From an uncultured Candidatus Nitrosopelagicus sp. (GTDB lineage: Archaea > Thermoproteota > Nitrososphaeria > Nitrososphaerales > Nitrosopumilaceae), in the NCBI GenBank assembly GCA_964419505.1, contig CAYQPZ010000001.1, positions 1 to 51,654 on the forward strand: a stretch of DNA of 51,654 nt. The letters are read 5' to 3'. A model generated the notes under the pieces. The model had not been told where the DNA came from. It saw only the letters and a list, made by a program, of their open reading frames with translations, and ran no database searches. This document shows positions 49,665 to 51,654 of this stretch, piece after piece. Position numbers and translations under genes: made by a program. The number at the start of each line of letters is the position of its first letter. Within the stretch, counting starts at the first letter, position 1.

Positions 49665-50477
49665 TTATTTAGAAACTGATTGATTTTCTGCAACTAACGT
49701 GATTCGCTTGGTTGTACAGTATCTTACTAGATCATTTCTACGTTTTTCTTTTTCTTTCTTATCTCTCATAAGAGATAACCCATACATAATGCATCGTTTC
49801 AGCAAGATAGAATTTTCTGAACTATAAATTTCAAGACCATTCCAGTCTTGAATATTTTTTTTCCAATTATAATATGTAATTTTAAAATCAAGAGCATCTA
49901 ACATCATATTCAGAGCTGATTGGCTAGGTCTACCAGCAATAAATTTCTCAAAGGAAATGGTAGAATCTGGCGTGTAATATGGTTCTTTTCTAAATCGTAC
50001 TATTGGTGATTTTGATTTATTGATCTCAGTATCTAAAATCAAATATTTCGGCTGTAATTTTTTAATTTCTTTAAGTAATTCCATATGATTTGATACATGA
50101 TAAAAAATACCAAAACAAAAAACTACATCTATTTCTCTGGAGGGAATTTTTTTGATCTCTTCAAAAATATCTCCAACTACAAAATTATACTTATCTTCAG
50201 GAATTCCATATTTTTTCATATTTTCTAATCCTTTTTGCACAAGCTCTTTTTTTCCTTCAATTCCGTAAACTTTCTTTGCACCATTTTTCAACGCTGCAAG
50301 GCTCCAACGACCATCATGATTTGCAAGATCTAATATTGTAGCATTCTCAATAATCTCTTTGTTATTTTCAATTAATGCATGAAATCTTGCATTAAGCATT
50401 TTTGGCTTTGTTCCAGTTTGCCCAGTTTTGTAAAATGACGAATACTCGTCAAAAAAATTTACTTTTTTCAAATTCAT
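49665..50477 (-). CDS. Class I SAM-dependent methyltransferase
   Basis: ILDLANHDGRWS..A...GA..V.GIEG, DVVFCFGIFYH, LILDT. Confidence 0.82.
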   Translation of the reverse strand: MNLKKVNFFDEYSSFYKTGQTGTKPKMLNARFHALIENNKEIIENATILDLANHDGRWSLAALKNGAKKVYGIEGKKELVQKGLENMKKYGIPEDKYNFVVGDIFEEIKKIPSREIDVVFCFGIFYHVSNHMELLKEIKKLQPKYLILDTEINKSKSPIVRFRKEPYYTPDSTISFEKFIAGRPSQSALNMMLDALDFKITYYNWKKNIQDWNGLEIYSSENSILLKRCIMYGLSLMRDKKEKEKRRNDLVRYCTTKRITLVAENQSVSK

Positions 50478-50628
50478 TCTTGAGATTTCACTGAATTCTT
50501 TATAGTTTTCTCATATAATATACCTCAGTTGAGTGTAAATCATAGGTTATGCATTAGCAGCAATAATGATGTTAATACGAGCTAACTAATAGAAAGTTTT
50601 TATTGTTTTCCATTTTTTTGATAGAGAT

Positions 50629-51270
50629 ATGAGTAATGTGACTTCTGAAGAAGTAAGAAATTCATTAAGGCAGTGTATGGATCCAGAAGTACCTCTCAGT
50701 ATTGTAGATATGGGATTGATTTATGGTATTAATGTCAAAGAAAATAATGATGTTGATATTAAGATGACCATGACCACACAAGGTTGTCCTCTTCATGAAA
50801 CAATGGTTGATGATGTTAAAAGATACACCAAAAAAGTTTCTGGTGTAAATAATGTTAATGTGGAAATTGTTTGGGATCCTCCTTGGACAATGGATAAGAT
50901 GTCAGATAGTGCAAAAGCAATGATGAAAAGTATGGGTAGTCAAAATACACCTGCTCCAATAAACTATGAAACAGCAATGCCACAGGGTGTTGGAAATCTG
51001 GTGAAACAAGAAGATGGTTCTATGATTTTGGCTAATGAGCATGAGCAAGGATTTATGGTAAACGACGCAATAATTGATTTTTGGAAGTCATGTAATGGAA
51101 AACGTAAAGTCACTGATCTTGTAGGAGTTTTTGCTCAGCAAACTGGACTACAACGAACTCAGATAGAAAAAGAAGTTATGCAATTAATTAAGCAGTTACA
51201 TGAAGGTGGTCTTCTTCTAATTCCAAATCAATCTGATACACCAAACGTAGAATTCAAAAAATCAAACTAA
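50629..51270 (+). CDS. DUF59 (SufT/MIP18, Fe-S assembly) domain fused to a PqqD-like domain
   Basis: DPEVPLSIVDMGLIY, MTMTTQGCP, VWDPPWT; C-terminal FMVN...FWKSCNGKRKV.DLV...L.EGGLL. Confidence 0.85.
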   Translation: MSNVTSEEVRNSLRQCMDPEVPLSIVDMGLIYGINVKENNDVDIKMTMTTQGCPLHETMVDDVKRYTKKVSGVNNVNVEIVWDPPWTMDKMSDSAKAMMKSMGSQNTPAPINYETAMPQGVGNLVKQEDGSMILANEHEQGFMVNDAIIDFWKSCNGKRKVTDLVGVFAQQTGLQRTQIEKEVMQLIKQLHEGGLLLIPNQSDTPNVEFKKSN

Positions 51271-51506
51271 ATTTCTTTTATTTCTGTTATAGTTGCTTGA
51301 ACTGAATCCATTTTTATGATCGCACGTTTATCATTCCATCCCAGTGCAACATACCAATCACCTGCATCATCATCATATTTTGTTTCAAGAGTTTTGATGT
51401 CTTTCGAGTCAACCTCATAGTTTTTGATTATTCCCGAGATGGCAAGGGATATTGCATCCTTTTCCGTCTTTAATCTTCTATCCATCAATCCAATTCCAGG
51501 ACTCAT
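51267..51506 (-). CDS. Small hypothetical protein (79 aa)
   Basis: Protein-like ORF with a 4-nt convergent overlap with the DUF59 gene. Confidence 0.65.
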   Translation of the reverse strand: MSPGIGLMDRRLKTEKDAISLAISGIIKNYEVDSKDIKTLETKYDDDAGDWYVALGWNDKRAIIKMDSVQATITEIKEI

Positions 51507-51553
51507 ATTCTGATTATGAAAAAAATCATCTAATATACTTGGTTATTATTAGA

Positions 51554-51628
51554 AGGGCCCGATGGGATTCGAACCCACGGCCTGATGGTCCGAAGCCATC
51601 CGCTCTATCCAGGCTGAGCTACGGGTCC
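51554..51628 (-). tRNA. tRNA-Arg(UCG), intronless, CCA not encoded
   Basis: Reverse complement GGACCCG TAGCTCAGCCTGGATAGAGC G GATGG CT-TCG-GA CCATC AGGCC GTGGG TTCGAAT CCCAT CGGGCCC T folds as a cloverleaf. Confidence 0.93.
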
Positions 51629-51654
51629 AAAAAAATAAGCATTTAACTGGTCTA

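Noticed and set aside
28926-51270. RiPP system made of rSAM/SPASM, the 64-aa peptide and the PqqD-like domain
   Set aside because: The PqqD-like domain is 20 kb away and fused to DUF59. The peptide has no leader/core pattern, no peptidase or exporter is present, and the context is sugar biosynthesis.
863-51646. Numerous 60-116 aa ORFs antisense to or nested in long genes (e.g. 863-1066, 6315-6602, 11186-11503, 39183-39437, 48720-49070, 51452-51646)
   Set aside because: They overlap well-supported genes or the tRNA and have no motifs, as expected for shadow ORFs.
1-51654. CRISPR array, IS element, integrase or att duplication
   Set aside because: No regularly spaced repeats, terminal inverted repeats or recombinase motifs were seen by eye. 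A self dot-plot would be needed to exclude short repeats.

Overview
AT-rich archaeal DNA, most consistent with a marine ammonia-oxidising archaeon (Nitrosopumilaceae). This is inferred from a Tes-like radical SAM gene, a DUF59-PqqD fusion, an archaeal-type tRNA and TATA boxes about 25 nt before start codons. Between the 5'-truncated tetraether synthase (left) and mtnA/DUF59/tRNA-Arg(UCG) (right) lies a ~47 kb surface-glycan island of about 46 genes with frequent strand switches. It holds nucleotide-sugar enzymes, GT4/GT2/GT-C glycosyltransferases, a flippase, a nonulosonic-acid module, tandem sulfotransferases, several methyltransferases and a phosphonate module (pepM, split ppd, Fe-ADH pdh, PntC/LicC-like cytidylyltransferase). 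Four observations stand out. (1) The phosphonate module has no recognisable MpnS/HEPD or AEP transaminase but has a PhnY-like Fe/2OG dioxygenase without PhnZ, suggesting a hydroxylated phosphonate glycan decoration instead of methylphosphonate. (2) PepM and a neighbouring alkaline-phosphatase-superfamily protein share the C-terminal tail IExxLKKLGYI. (3) The three 'sulfatases' lack the CxPxR motif and look like Thr/Ser-nucleophile phospho(no)transferases. (4) pdh has a TGA stop at codon 2. No CRISPR array, transposase or integrase was seen. All family calls come from motif recognition by eye, not database searches.
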